From the NCBI GenBank assembly GCA_951406725.2, contig OX597838.1, forward strand, positions 20,770,001 to 20,834,000: a stretch of DNA of 64,000 nt, read 5' to 3'. Source of the stretch: Octopus vulgaris. Taxonomy: Eukaryota. Both the position numbers and the translations under genes were made by a program. Within the stretch, counting starts at the first letter, position 1. Each line of letters opens with the position of its first letter. Below the pieces are notes generated by a model, which was given only the letters and a program-made list of their open reading frames with translations, was not told the origin of the DNA and did not search any database. Below, piece by piece: positions 37,752 through 50,371 of this stretch.

Positions 37752-38807
37752 TTAAATGATGATGGTATTTGCTGGACAATTCATTTCCTTAAATCTGAAA
37801 AGAATGTACAATGTGATGCTGTTTGTATACAAAAAAAAAGTGAGATCTTATGTGTACAGAGAGGAAAGTTTGCTTGGTGGGAGGTGTTTGTCCTAGTATG
37901 AAAACATGATAGTGATGATAATAACGACGTGTTGAGTATATCAGACAACTGACGAACACTTTGCTCCGTTAAAAGCAGCCACTATATAATAAGCTGTAGT
38001 ACTTGACAGCTCCTGTAGATAATGACAACCTCAGTGACTACACAGGGCAAGACAAAGAGCTTATTATATTACATAAATGATTATATCTGTCAGCAGCATA
38101 TACCAGCAGAATTTTTTTTGTGACCCAGTTTGAATTTTCAATTGGAACCACATCACATAGCAAAGTTCTGTGACTGCAGATGATTTCTTTTTTTTTAATA
38201 ACAAATCAATATAAGTCAATCAAGTTTTAATTTACAAATAGAAAAAAAAAACATTTTTACAAAACCAGCATCTATTTTCTTTTTTTTTTTTTTACGGGCC
38301 CTCTGCCCTCTGTTTTTCCCATAGCAACCATCTAAAACTAAAGAAATTACAATGAAGTGTTTGACCTTTTTCACCCAATAAACAAATTGAAGAGTGTGAC
38401 AAGACAGCTGTTGTAGAAAATGTCAGCCTTAATGGGGGATTCGAAGAACAGTCTGTTTGCATGTTTGCAGGACACTGTTGATATGATGGGACCTTCTATA
38501 TATTAACCTTTTCCTATAAACACACCAACACAAAACAAACCAACTAATGTTGTTGCTGCTTCTTTTTTTTTTTGTTTTTGTTAATTAGAAATTTTTTTAC
38601 TTTACATTATGATTATTTGTGTGTATATATACATGTGTGTTTGTGTGTCTCTGTGTGCTTATATAATGTGTATGTGTGTGTAGATCAGACTGGAGCCTTG
38701 TGCAGCCTCCTGGCTTCCCAGTCCCCGGTCGAACTGTCCAACCCATGCTAGCATGGAAAATGGATGTTAAATGATGTTGATACACACACACACACACACA
38801 CATATTG

Positions 38808-39142
38808 GAGACCCCCCTCAGTCACAAATGACCATGGGATTGCACCTAGAAAGTTACCCTCCGAGGCACAAGTCCGGGCAAGGTTGTTTATGGAAGACCA
38901 GATGTCACCCAAGCATACTGGCTTCCCCTCTCCATGCCACCGATGTTATCTGAGGGAAAGGCAAGGGCCTATACAGCTTGGCACCAGTGATGTTGCAACT
39001 CATTTCTACAGCTGAGTGAACTGGAGCAATGTGAAATAAAGTGTCTTGCTCACGAACACAACACACAGCTCGATCTGGGAATCGAACACACAACCTCATG
39101 ATTGTAAGTTTGACACTCTAACCACTGAGCCATGTGCCTTCA
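38808..39142 (-). mobile_element. tRNA-derived SINE (S1-related subfamily)
   Basis: Inverted homologue of 58295-58635; tRNA-like head ggcacatggctcagtggttagag. Confidence 0.8.
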
Positions 39143-39435
39143 CACACACACACACACATACATATATTATCATCATCATCATCATCATCGTTTAATGCCC
39201 ATTGTGCATGCTGGCATGGGTTAGATGGTTTGACCAGGGCTGGAAGCCTGAAAGGCTGCACCAGACTCCAGTCTGATCTGGCATGGTTTCTATGGCTCTT
39301 CCTGACACCAACCACTCTAAGAGTGTAATGGATACTTTTATGTGCCACTGGCATGACTGCGGTTTTACCTGGCTTGATTGGTCTTCTTCTCAAGCATGAC
39401 ATAATGCCAAAGGTCTCAAATATATATATATATAT

Positions 39436-39476
39436 AGTCTGATGATGGCTTAACTGGCCAGAACTTCAAAGTCACT
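39436..39476 (+). ncRNA. Degenerate minimal hammerhead motif in a (TA)n-flanked element (39436-39590)
   Basis: AGT CTGATGA TGGC ttaactg GCCA GAA-C TT ca AA GTC ACT. All three stems and the GUC triplet are present, but one A is missing from GAAA. Confidence 0.65.
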
Positions 39477-40679
39477 GTCAACAGCACTCTTGTATAAGAA
39501 TAATAAATTTGTTTTTTTATAAAAGTATAGAGTAATCCATCAGATTAATGTAAAATTGTTTTTATTATAACTAATCATAAGAACAAACAATATATATATA
39601 GCGCGAGAGAGAGAGAGAGAGAGAGATTTTTGTGCCCACTTTTCTATGCTTGTATGGGTTACATGGTACTTTTTGTAACAATGTCTTACAGATGGGTGCT
39701 CTCCCTGATGCCAACACTTTTAGTTACTCTTTTTTACATGCAAAGATACAGTGTCCCTATGCTAAAGACCAGTAAAAAAAACAAAAAAAAAAACCAGAAA
39801 AAAACAGGCACTCTGTCGGTTATGATGACAAGGGTTCCAGTTGATCTGATCGAAAAAACTTGCTCATGAAATTAACGGGCAAGTGGCTGAGCACTCCACA
39901 GACACATGTACCCTTAATGTAGTTCTCTTGGAGATTCAGCATGGCACAGAATGTGACAAAGCCGGCCCTTTGAAATACAGACACTACTCATTTTTGCCAG
40001 CTGAGTGGACTGGAGCAACAGGAAAATAAAGTGTCCTGCTCAAGGACTTGCTCAAGGCCAGGACTTACAGCCAAAAATGGTAGGTTGACTTGTACACCAG
40101 GACAGCTTTGCAGAGCTGAAAATTCCTAGTAAAATGCAGCAGAATTTGGAAAGATATTAATAACACTTGAATGTTTACACGACACACTATTTTGATTTTT
40201 ATTGCGAAAATTACATTATGATCAATCACATTCCAGCTGTAACTATTCAGTCAATTTTTCTATGTGCTGGGAAGACACGACCGCAATACTCTTTTACTCT
40301 TTTACTTGTTTCAGTCATTTGACTGCGGCCATGCTGGAGCACCGCCTTTAGTCGAGCAAATTGACCCCGGGACTTATTCTTTGTAAGCCCAGTACTTATT
40401 CTATCGGTCTCTTTTTGCTGAACCGCTAAGTGACAGGGACGTAAACACACCAGCATCGGTTGTCAAGCAATTGTTGTGAGAAAAGGTTGCTATTTCTAGC
40501 AGGTCAAGCAATTGTATAGAAGCTCTCTCATTGGTTCATTTTCGGCTGTACATGTGTTTGTGTGTACAGGTAATTTCACTAGCATGTGTTGTGCATAGCT
40601 TCTTCTTTTTCCTCTCCCCCCTCTTTCAATTATCTGCTGTGTAGAAAAAGAAATGCTGTTTATCAAATTGGTTTCTCTT

Positions 40680-41270
40680 TTTCACACACACACACACACA
40701 CATTTTCACCCTCACTTTCTCTCTCCCCTCCATTCATCCTATCCTCTTTCTCACACTCGCAAACTCTCTCACACTTCCCCCTTTCCTCCCTCCCTCTCAC
40801 ACACACACTCCCCCTCCTTCCCTCTCACTCACACACTCCCCCTACTTCCCTCTCACTCACACACTCCCCCTCCTTCCCGCTCACTCACACACTCCCCTCC
40901 TTCCCTCTCCCTCTCTTACACTCTTCCTCCCCCTCTCTCTAGCAACACTGTCTTCCTTTCTCCTCCAACTTTCTCTTTCTTTCTCCTCCAACACTCCCTC
41001 GCATGGAACAGTCCTGCTCTCTCTTATGCAACACTATCTCCCCCCTCTCATCTAACACTCCTCTCTCTCTCTCGCAACACTCCTCTCTCTCGCAACACTC
41101 ACTACCACTCTTACAGCTCTTTCCTTCTCTCTCATGTATTCTCCCCCTCTCTCTCTCCTCTTTCTCTTTCTCTCCAACAAAACCCTCTTCCTTCCCCTAT
41201 CAGACACTCAAGGCACTTACTGTTTTCCTCCCACATCCTCTCCCCCCATACCCTCCACTCCAGTTAGCAT
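40680..41270. repeat. Pyrimidine-rich (CT/CA) low-complexity tract with ~23-bp subrepeats
   Basis: ccctctcactcacacactcccc repeats. Similar tracts lie at 14030-14470 and 46400-47030. Confidence 0.8.
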
Positions 41271-41467
41271 ATTAGTTAAGTCAATCAGCATAATATATCT
41301 CATTGTCAGGAATGTTAACTTTACTTTGGTGGGGAAATTCTTAGCGGAATAATAACTTAGTACCACCGCCACTACTACTACTCATTAACCACCACCACCA
41401 CCACCTTGACTACAAACACTGCCATCACTTCTGTTACTACCACCATTACCACCATTACCACTATTCT

Positions 41468-41519
<52 letters not shown>

Positions 41520-42042
41520 GCTGCTGCTGCTTACATACATATACTAACACACTTCTGTTCCTTAGTTTTATGCCTCCACCACTACATAATCGTTTTCTGG
41601 AAGTAGACTTTCCATTCTCATTGTTGGTTTGTTCTTTGAGAGATTTCGAAACTTTTCCATTGTAATTTCCAAATTTCCGTACATGCCAGCGACTTACTTA
41701 AAGCTTTAAATGAGCCAATGTTGACCTGCTTGAAAAAAAAAAATAGCTAAATCTCCTAATTACATAATCATATGCCACACTGTCTTAAAAAAAAAAAAAA
41801 AAAAGCGGATATGTCTAGAATGAACTAATTAACCAACTAACAGTTTAGGAGGAAGGAAAAAAAATATTTTTCAATGTCACGAATGCTTTTTTTAAACTGT
41901 AAACTAATTTCTCTCTGTAAGAAATGTTTAACTTTTTAAACTTAATTTGTCCTGAATTATTGCTATGCTGGTAATTCCAAAGAAGAATGAAATAGTACTA
42001 TACATGGCTGCCGAGGACTAGAAGTTTTAAGATTTTTATAAT

Positions 42043-42427
42043 ACTCTTTTACTCTTTTACTTGTTTCAGTCATTTGAGCAAATCGACCCCGGGACTTATT
42101 CTTTGTAAGCCCAGTACTTATTCTTTCGGTCTCTTTTGCCGAACCGCTAAGTGACGGGGACGTAAACACACTAGCATCAGTTGTCAAGCAATGCTAGGGG
42201 GACAAACACAGACACACAAACATATACACACACACTTATATATATATATATATACATATATACGACAGGCTTCTTTCAGTTTCCGTCTACCAAATCCACT
42301 CACAAGGCATTGGTTGGCCCAGGGCTATAGCAGAAGACACTTGCCCAAGGTGCCACGCAGTGGGACTGAACCCGGAACCATGTGGTTGGTTAGCAAGCTA
42401 CTTACCACACAGCCACTTCTGCGCCTA
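42043..42427 (-). mobile_element. S2 SINE
   Basis: Reverse complement of the S2 consensus with a small internal deletion. Confidence 0.88.
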
Positions 42428-43009
42428 TGTATAAAAAAAAAAACATTCAATGTGTATACTTTGTACATCTTACTTGCTCTTCGATGGAAATTCAAAACCT
42501 TCAATTCCATCTCAACTTCACTTAATCTAGAAATGGTTGTCTCCCCTTTGGTAGCTGACCACCAGGGTTACACTAAAGTTAGGATTGCTAAGGCTGGAAC
42601 TCTCGAACCAGGGTCCCACTGTTGGATGCAGTCTAAAGCCATGGCCAGGACTTATGTATAGTAAATCCAGCGTCCAGGGGTAGATTACATCAAATATTTC
42701 ATCATGTTACAGAATGAGTGAGATCTTTCACCTAACGAGGCTGGCTGGATGAATTCTTTGCTACCAAAATTGTATTTAATAAAATGTAGTCTTTGTGTAT
42801 TGAAGCTATCTGTGGTGTAGGTTGTTGTTGTGGTGGTGGCGATGGGGTTGTTGCGAATCAACAGAACAGTTGTATCTCTTAATCACCCACTTCCGCTCTC
42901 TCTATTTCCTTTACGGTTCTGATGTATATTTTTGTTTTTCCATATCAAACAGTACTACTTCAGTGTTGTCTCACTTACGTAAGCCAGTAAAGTAGTTGAT
43001 TTCGAAATT

Positions 43010-44473
43010 CGACACAAGGCCAGCATTTTTAGGGGGGAGGGGATAAGTTGATTACATCGACCCCAGTGCTTAACTGGTGCTTATTTCAGCGACTTCGAAA
43101 GATTGAAAAGCAAGTCAACCTCAGTGGAATATGAACTCAGAGTGTGAAGACAGATGAAATGGCGCTAAACGTTTTGCCTGGCATGCTAACAATTCTGCCA
43201 GCTCGCCATATTAGTTATATCAATATTCCACTAATGCCTTTTATCCTTTCAGGGTTGATAAATTAAGTACCAGTTACGTACTGGGATCAATCTAATTGAC
43301 TGCCTCCCTTCCCCAAAATTTCGGGCCTTGTGCCTAGAGTAGAAAAGAAAAGTTTCAAGGCGTCGAGCTGACAGAAATGTTAGCACACTGGGTGAAATAC
43401 TTAGCGGTACTTTGTCTGTCTTTACATTCTGAGTTCAAATTCTGCCAAGGTTGACTTTACCTTTTATTCTTTCGGGGTCGATAAATTAAGTCCCAGTTAC
43501 GTATTGGGGTTGATCTAATCGACTGCCCCCCCCTTCCCCAAAATTTTGGGCCTTGTGCTTAGAGTAGAAAAGAATAACCCCTTTCTACTAAAGGCAGGCA
43601 CAAGGATTGAAATTTGCAGGGAGGGGACTAGTCAATTACATCGACCCCAGTACGCAACTGGTACTTAATTTATTGACCCTGAAAGGATGAAAGGCAAAGT
43701 CAACCTCAGCGGAATTTGAACTCAGAACATAGTGATGGGCAAAATTCTGCTCAGCATTTCTTCCAGTATGCTAACAATTCTGCCAGCTCGCTGCCTTTTG
43801 CCACTTTAATAATAATGGCTTCAAATTTTGGCACAAGGCCAGCAATTACAGGGAGGGGCATGTGTTGATTACATTGATCCCACTGCTTAACTGGTACTTG
43901 TTTTATTGACCCCAAAAGGTTGAAAGGTGAAGTCAACCTCGATGGAATTTGAACTCAGAATATGAAGAATGATGAAATATTGCTATGCATTTTTGCCTGG
44001 TGTGCTAATGATTCTGCCAGCTTGCCACCATAATAATAATAATAATAATAATAATGATAATAATAATAATTTTCTTATGTTTTCTTAAACATTCTCTAGA
44101 ACAATACTATGTGCAAAACCAAATTATGACACCCTTGGCATAACGCCAACATGAACTTCTACATTGTTGTCTCTTGAGGTCCCTGGGTTAGACTTGGAGT
44201 CAACTTGTACAAATACAATGCAAAAGTCAAACATATAATAATAATAATAATAATAATCTTTTCTACTGGAGGCACATGGCTTCAAATCTGGTGAGGAGAG
44301 GATTGGTTGATTACATCAACCCCAGTGTTTCACTGGTACTTAATTTATTGACCCTGGAAGGATGACAAGCAAAGCTGACCTTGGAAGAATTTGAACTCAG
44401 AACGTAGTGACGGGCGAAATGCCGCTAAGCATTTTGTGTGGTGTGCTAACGATTCTCCCAGCTCGCTGCCTTA
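43010..44473. mobile_element. Cluster of six S3 SINEs in mixed orientation
   Basis: (-)43010-43207, (+)43235-43350, (+)43358-43575, (-)43580-43797, (-)43820-44028 and (-)44258-44473. Confidence 0.8.
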
Positions 44474-44754
44474 ATAATAATAATAATGGGGAGAGAAAGA
44501 GAGAGAGAGAGTGAAAGGCAATATGAAGTGTAAATCTTCTAATTAGATTAGATGAGGTCAAAAAGCAATATTCTCATACAGCTTTAATTAGAGCTCTGTT
44601 ATTTAGTATAGACACAGTGTGGTGAACTTGATAAATTAATAATGTAATGAACACTTTGGTATATGGCACAAGATTTAAACTCATTGATGGCATTTCATTG
44701 TGATTCAGGCTAAAACTGTCTATATAATTGACTTCATCTAGCTGTCAGAAATGG

Positions 44755-45400
44755 GTGGCATCAGATCAAACTGCTTCATCTTTTGACCTCATTCCACCAA
44801 CCAGTTCATTAAGCTGCCAAGAATACATACCAGATCAATGTGGTTCAGTTCCAGACCACTGTCTATCAGTCACAGGAATAGGTATGGAATCTATCCAGTT
44901 TAGGTTCTTATGTTAGATCAAGAACATATGCATCATCACTGTGAGTCAGCCTCTGATCACTGTTCACCAATTAGTTTATCTAATTGTCAGCAGCATCTAG
45001 CAGCTCATTATGTTTCTGTATCAGAGCCTAGTCAATTAATTTGTTCTTTCTAAATGGCAGGAATAGATGCTAGCTAAGTCAAGCTGGTTCTGTTTTAGAC
45101 CATAATCTTCCCATCACCTCTAGATGACAGGAATAGTTACCAGATCAAACTGGTTCAGTCTTAGACCACAGCCTACCCATCAGTTCATGTATCTGTCAAT
45201 AGCAGGTACCAGATCAATATTGTTCAGTCTCAGACCACAATCTACCAATCGGTTCACTTTGTTATTAGTAATAGATCTCAGATCAATGTGGTTTAATCTC
45301 AAAATCCAATCCACATATCAATTTACCTAGATGAAAGAATAAGTATAAAATCAATCTAGTTAGTCCAGCCAAATACTATAGTTCTCCAGCTTTTCTCTAC
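44755..45400. repeat. Degenerate minisatellite of about 65 bp
   Basis: Recurrent cagatcaa...gttcagtct.agaccac...c.atcagttca motifs. Confidence 0.6.
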
Positions 45401-48400
45401 AACCTATGATTGGATCTCAACTCCTTTTCAAATCACTATATACTCTACATGTGTAAATATGTGTGATGGTTACTCAGTGTCTTTATGTGTATATGCAATA
45501 TTTAATTCCATGTTAAAGCAGCAAGCTGGTGGAATCATTAGCATGCTGGAATAAATGCTTAGCGGCATTTTGTTCATCTTAACATTCTGAGTTCAAATTC
45601 TTATTTCTTTATTGCCCACGAGGGGCTAAACAAAGAAGGGACAAACAAGGACAGAAAAAGGGATTAAGTCGATTACATCGACCCCAGTGTGTAACTGGTA
45701 CTTGATTTATCGACCCCGAAAGGATGAAAGGCAAAGTTGACCCCAGCGAAATTTGAACTCAGAACATAACGGCAGATGAAATAGCGCTAAGCATTTCGCC
45801 CAGCGTGCTACCATTTCTGCCAATTTGCCAAGGTAAATTTTTGCCTTTCATCTTTCACAGTTCATAAAATAAGTATCAGTTGGGCATTGGGGTTGCTGTA
45901 ATCAACTTACCCTCTGCTCTTCATGTACATTGGGGTCACCCACCTTTAAGTGGTGCAGTTCCTATTATCTCTGATTTGAGAGCTAGCTGCTGTAGGTTCA
46001 ACCACAAGCTGCATTATTGCTAGCACTGAGTGGTGTCTATTGCAAACATTGTTAATTATTAAATGATCCATTCTATCTGGTGCAAGTCGGTCCTCTTGAC
46101 ATAATGGCCACCATTCTTTGGAGCTTGCTGGTGTCATGCCACCTCCACTCAAACACTACCAACCCATTGGATTCGGCACCTCTCACCACTCATGTCATGT
46201 CCATAAATAAGGTCTTGGTTAATGGTAACTGAAAGTCCATTGTATATATACGTGTGGGTGTATGTGTGTGTATATATGTAGTCTTTTACTTTTTTTACTT
46301 GTCTTTGTCACTTGATTGCGGCCATGCTAGAGCACCACCTTTGGTCAAACAAATCAAACCCAGAGCTTATTCCTTGTAGCCCTAGTACTTATTCTATTGG
46401 TCTCTCTCTCTCTCTCTCTCTCTCCTTTCCCCTCTCTCTCTTCTTTCCTCTCTCTCTCCTTTACTCTCTATTTCTCTTCCCCTCCCCCTCCACTGCCTTC
46501 CTTTCTTCTACCTTGTCTTCCTTTATCTCTGCTCTTCTCTTCACAACTCTCCCTTGCTAGATGTTTCAACATCCTTGCTCTCATCTGAAATGAATTTCAC
46601 TGTTTTTCCCATTTTCTTGCATTCCCTTCATTCTTCACCTCTCTTTCTCTCTCTTTCACATACACACACACACACATACACACACAACCTCTTTCATTCT
46701 TTCACTCGCTCTCTTTCATTCACTTCTCTCTACTTCTTCCCCTTTTTAATCCCTATTTCCTCCAGAGAGTTTGTCTCTTTCCTACATATGGTTTATCTTT
46801 CCAATTCAAATTGTTACTCCAACCTAATTTCCCTTTTTTTCCCCTCTTCCTTCCACTGCACTTCTTCCTCCTTCTCCTCCTCCCTCTCCTCTTCTCTCTC
46901 TTCCATCTCTGTCCTTCTTTCTCTCACCATTCCCATCTCTCCCCCCTTTATTGCTTTTTACTCTCCCTACCTCTCTCCCTTTTGTTCTCTTCCCTAAACC
47001 AAACACCACACACACACACACACATACACACACTTGAACTTCAGAAGTAAGAATAAAAATAAAAACAGAAAAAATATTAAGGAAAAGGTTGGGTCCCAGA
47101 AGCACATCGCATCACAACACAAACCCAGTCACCAAGCTGACTGTAATTGAATAACTCTGTGAAACGACAATGACAAGTCATCTATAAGACCAGAAGGAGA
47201 GAGAGAACGAGAGAGCAGCTTAGGAATCCTCTTGTTGCTACTACTGCTGCTGCTCCTTTGGTATTATGATGTTGCATATTTAACTGTGTTCAAGTGTGTG
47301 CTCGACTGCTAAGATTGATGGACAGATGGACTGATAAAATTGAGACCAACTAGTAGCAACTAAATATTTTCGCAGAGGAAGAAATTAGATAGGGATGGTT
47401 GCGTGAATAGTATTTTTTGCAAAACTTGTAATATTTACGGAGTAGATTTAGTATATTTATCTTCCCTTTCTTTATCTTGTTTGCTAACCTTTTTAAAAAA
47501 AAAAATATTTTTTTACATATCTTGTTTCAGTCATTAGATTGTGGCCATGCTGGGGCACCACCTTGAAGGGTTTCTTTTTTAGTTGAACAAATCGACCCTG
47601 GGACTTTTGTTGGTTAATTTTAAGGTCTGAAAGAAAATCCTGTGTTATTGTATTAGCTTAGTCTCAGGTCAACCTAAATTGTGCAAAGACAAACTTTTTG
47701 GATCAAGGGCATTCCAGCTATGACCACTCCGTCTTTTTTTTTTGCTTTGTTTTTTTGCTTGTTATGCAGTTCTGCTGTTGTATTTTTTCTTTAAGTTTGT
47801 TCCTTCTCGAGCCATGCCTGGCCCATAAGAGCCGGTTTCTCAGTTTCCTTGGCGTATAGGTTCCCCACCTGGATGGGACGCTGGCCCATCGCAGGTGAGC
47901 TGCAAGATGCAGGAGGAAAGAGTGAGAGAAAATTGTGGCGAAAGAGTCAGCAGAAGTTTGCCATTACGTTCTGCCGGAGCCGCGTGGAGCTTAGGTGTTT
48001 CGTTCATAAATACACACATCGCCTGGTCTGAGATTCGAACCTGCGATCCCTTGACTGCATATCCGCTGCTCTAACCACTAGGCTATGTGCCTCCACATCT
48101 TTTCTTTAAGACAGTGATGTGATTTAAGAGAGATTTAGCTGTTATTTCTGAAAGATCAAGGTTGAGTGATCATATTGAGGCCCCTCATTAGCTTAACCCT
48201 TCACCTGTTCAAAAACATTCTCATAAATTTGTCTTAGCTGTCTATGTTTCAGACTTTTTTCAGCTTTTTAGCCCGTGTTTCACACGCCCACAGTAAATAT
48301 AAAGCTTTCCTTTCATAAGTCCCAAGTCAACTCTTGGAGTTTGAAAAAATCTGGAATGTGTATTACATACGATGCATACACACCAGGGAAATATGTCTTG

Positions 48401-49938
48401 TGTTTCACAGAATGAACAAAGGGCCAAGAACCTCATGTTGTGGTAGTGATGATGTTGTTGTTTTACCCTAGGTCAGCCCTGATCCGGTGGATCTACTGTT
48501 AAAAGCATTGCAGCTTTTATTCAGATTATATACATTTTATTCTTTTAATTTGTTTCAGTCATTTGACTGCGCTCATGCTGGAGCACCGCCTTTAGTCGAA
48601 CAAATCGACCCCAGGACTTATTCTTTGTAAGCCTAGTACTTATTCTATCTGCCTCTTTTGCCGAACTGCTATGCTACGTTGACGTAAACACACCAACATT
48701 GGTTGTGAAGCGATGGTGGGGTGACAAACACACACACATATATGACAGGCTTCTTTCAGTTTCCGTCTACCAAATCCACTCACAATGCTTTGGTCAGCCC
48801 GAGGCTATAGTAAGAAGTCAATTGTCCAAGGTGCCACGCTGTGGGACTGAACCCAGGATCATGTGGTTGGGAACAAGCTTCTTACCACGCCTATCCAATT
48901 TTCGTGCACTTCTTCCTTTGTGTGTGTGTCTTGTTTATCATCAAGTCGACCTTGATCCAATGGACTTTTGATTTAAAGTGATTCCAATCGTGAGTCTTGT
49001 GGCTTTTATTCACAGAGATAATGTATCTAAAACAACATTATTTAACATATATTTTTATTTCTTATCTTTTACTTGTCATGTGACTGCGTCCATACTGGAG
49101 CACAACCTTAAAGAGTTCTCTCGAACAAATTAACTTCATTACTCTTTTTTACTCTTTTACTTGGGGGCTGTATATAGCTTGTTTAAATGCTGAAGGGTTA
49201 AGCCTGGTACTTATTCTAACAGTGTATTATGCTGAACTGCTAAGTTACAGGGACATAAACAAAGCAACACTGATTGTTACCTGGTGGAGGAGGGAAAAAA
49301 CAGAAATCCCCTTATAGATTTACACACACACACACACTTCTGTCTATCAAGTACTCTCACAAAGCTTTTGTTGGCCTGGGGCCATAGTAGAAGACTTATC
49401 CAAGGTGCTGTGCAGTGGGACTGAACCCAAGACCACATGGTTGGGAAGCAAGCTTCTTACCCTTGTAGTCAAGCCTACACCTGTAGTTATTGTTGTTTAA
49501 TCTTGTGTCAATCCTGATATTGCAGCTTACAACCAAATGTATTCCAGTTGTCAGCAGCCCGGTTTTTATCCAAGCCTTATCTAATGTTTATTATAGTATT
49601 GTTGTTGTTGGTGGTGGTGGTGTTTAGCCCCATATTAGCTCTGAACAAACAGATCTATTATCAAAAGCATTCCAGCTATGGCCATACCTACTTTTCAAGA
49701 AGAATCTTTAACTGCATTATCTAGTTTATCTTTCCTGCATTAAGATATTGGAGCAGGGAGTGATGTGAAGATTTAGTTACTTTCAGCTTGTTGAATGATG
49801 AAGGAAAAGCCCCCACATTGGGCTAGCTGTAGTTGTAGCTGTTTAGCTCCCATATCAGCACTGATTCAGCAGATATACTGTAAAAGAAATGCCAGCCGGG
49901 ATCATCTCATCCCCACTTTTTATTTCTACCCAACATAT

Positions 49939-50371
49939 AGGTGTAGGAGTGACTGTGTGGTAAGTAGCTTGCTTATGAACCATATGGTTCCGGGTTCAGT
50001 CCCATTGCGTGACACCTTGGGCAAGTGTCTTCTACTATAGCCTCGGGCCGACCAAAGCCTTGTGAGTGGATTTGGTAGACGGAAACTGAAAGAAGCCCAT
50101 CGTATATATGTATGTATATATACACACACACACACATATATGTATATATATATATATATATACATATGTGTGTGTCTGTATTTGTCCCCCCCCAACATCA
50201 CTTCACAACTGATGCTGATATGTTTACGTCCCTGTAACTTAGTGGTTTGGCAAAAGAGACCGATAGAGTAAGTACTAGGCTTACAAAGAATAAGTCCTGG
50301 GGTCGATTTGCTCAACTAAAAGCGGTGCTCCAGCATGGCCACACTCAAATGACTGAAACAAGTAAAAGAGT
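49939..50371 (+). mobile_element. S2 SINE, full length
   Basis: Head, internal microsatellite and tail are all present. Confidence 0.9.

Noticed and set aside
38280-38510. Candidate ACAP exon 1 (strong acceptor at about 38323; GGATTCGAAGAA resembling FEE)
   Set aside because: All frames close quickly, there is no CLKDSP motif and no suitable donor.
40586-41352. 204-aa Ser/Pro/Leu/His-rich ORF
   Set aside because: A pyrimidine-rich low-complexity tract that lacks stops by composition; it is open in several frames.
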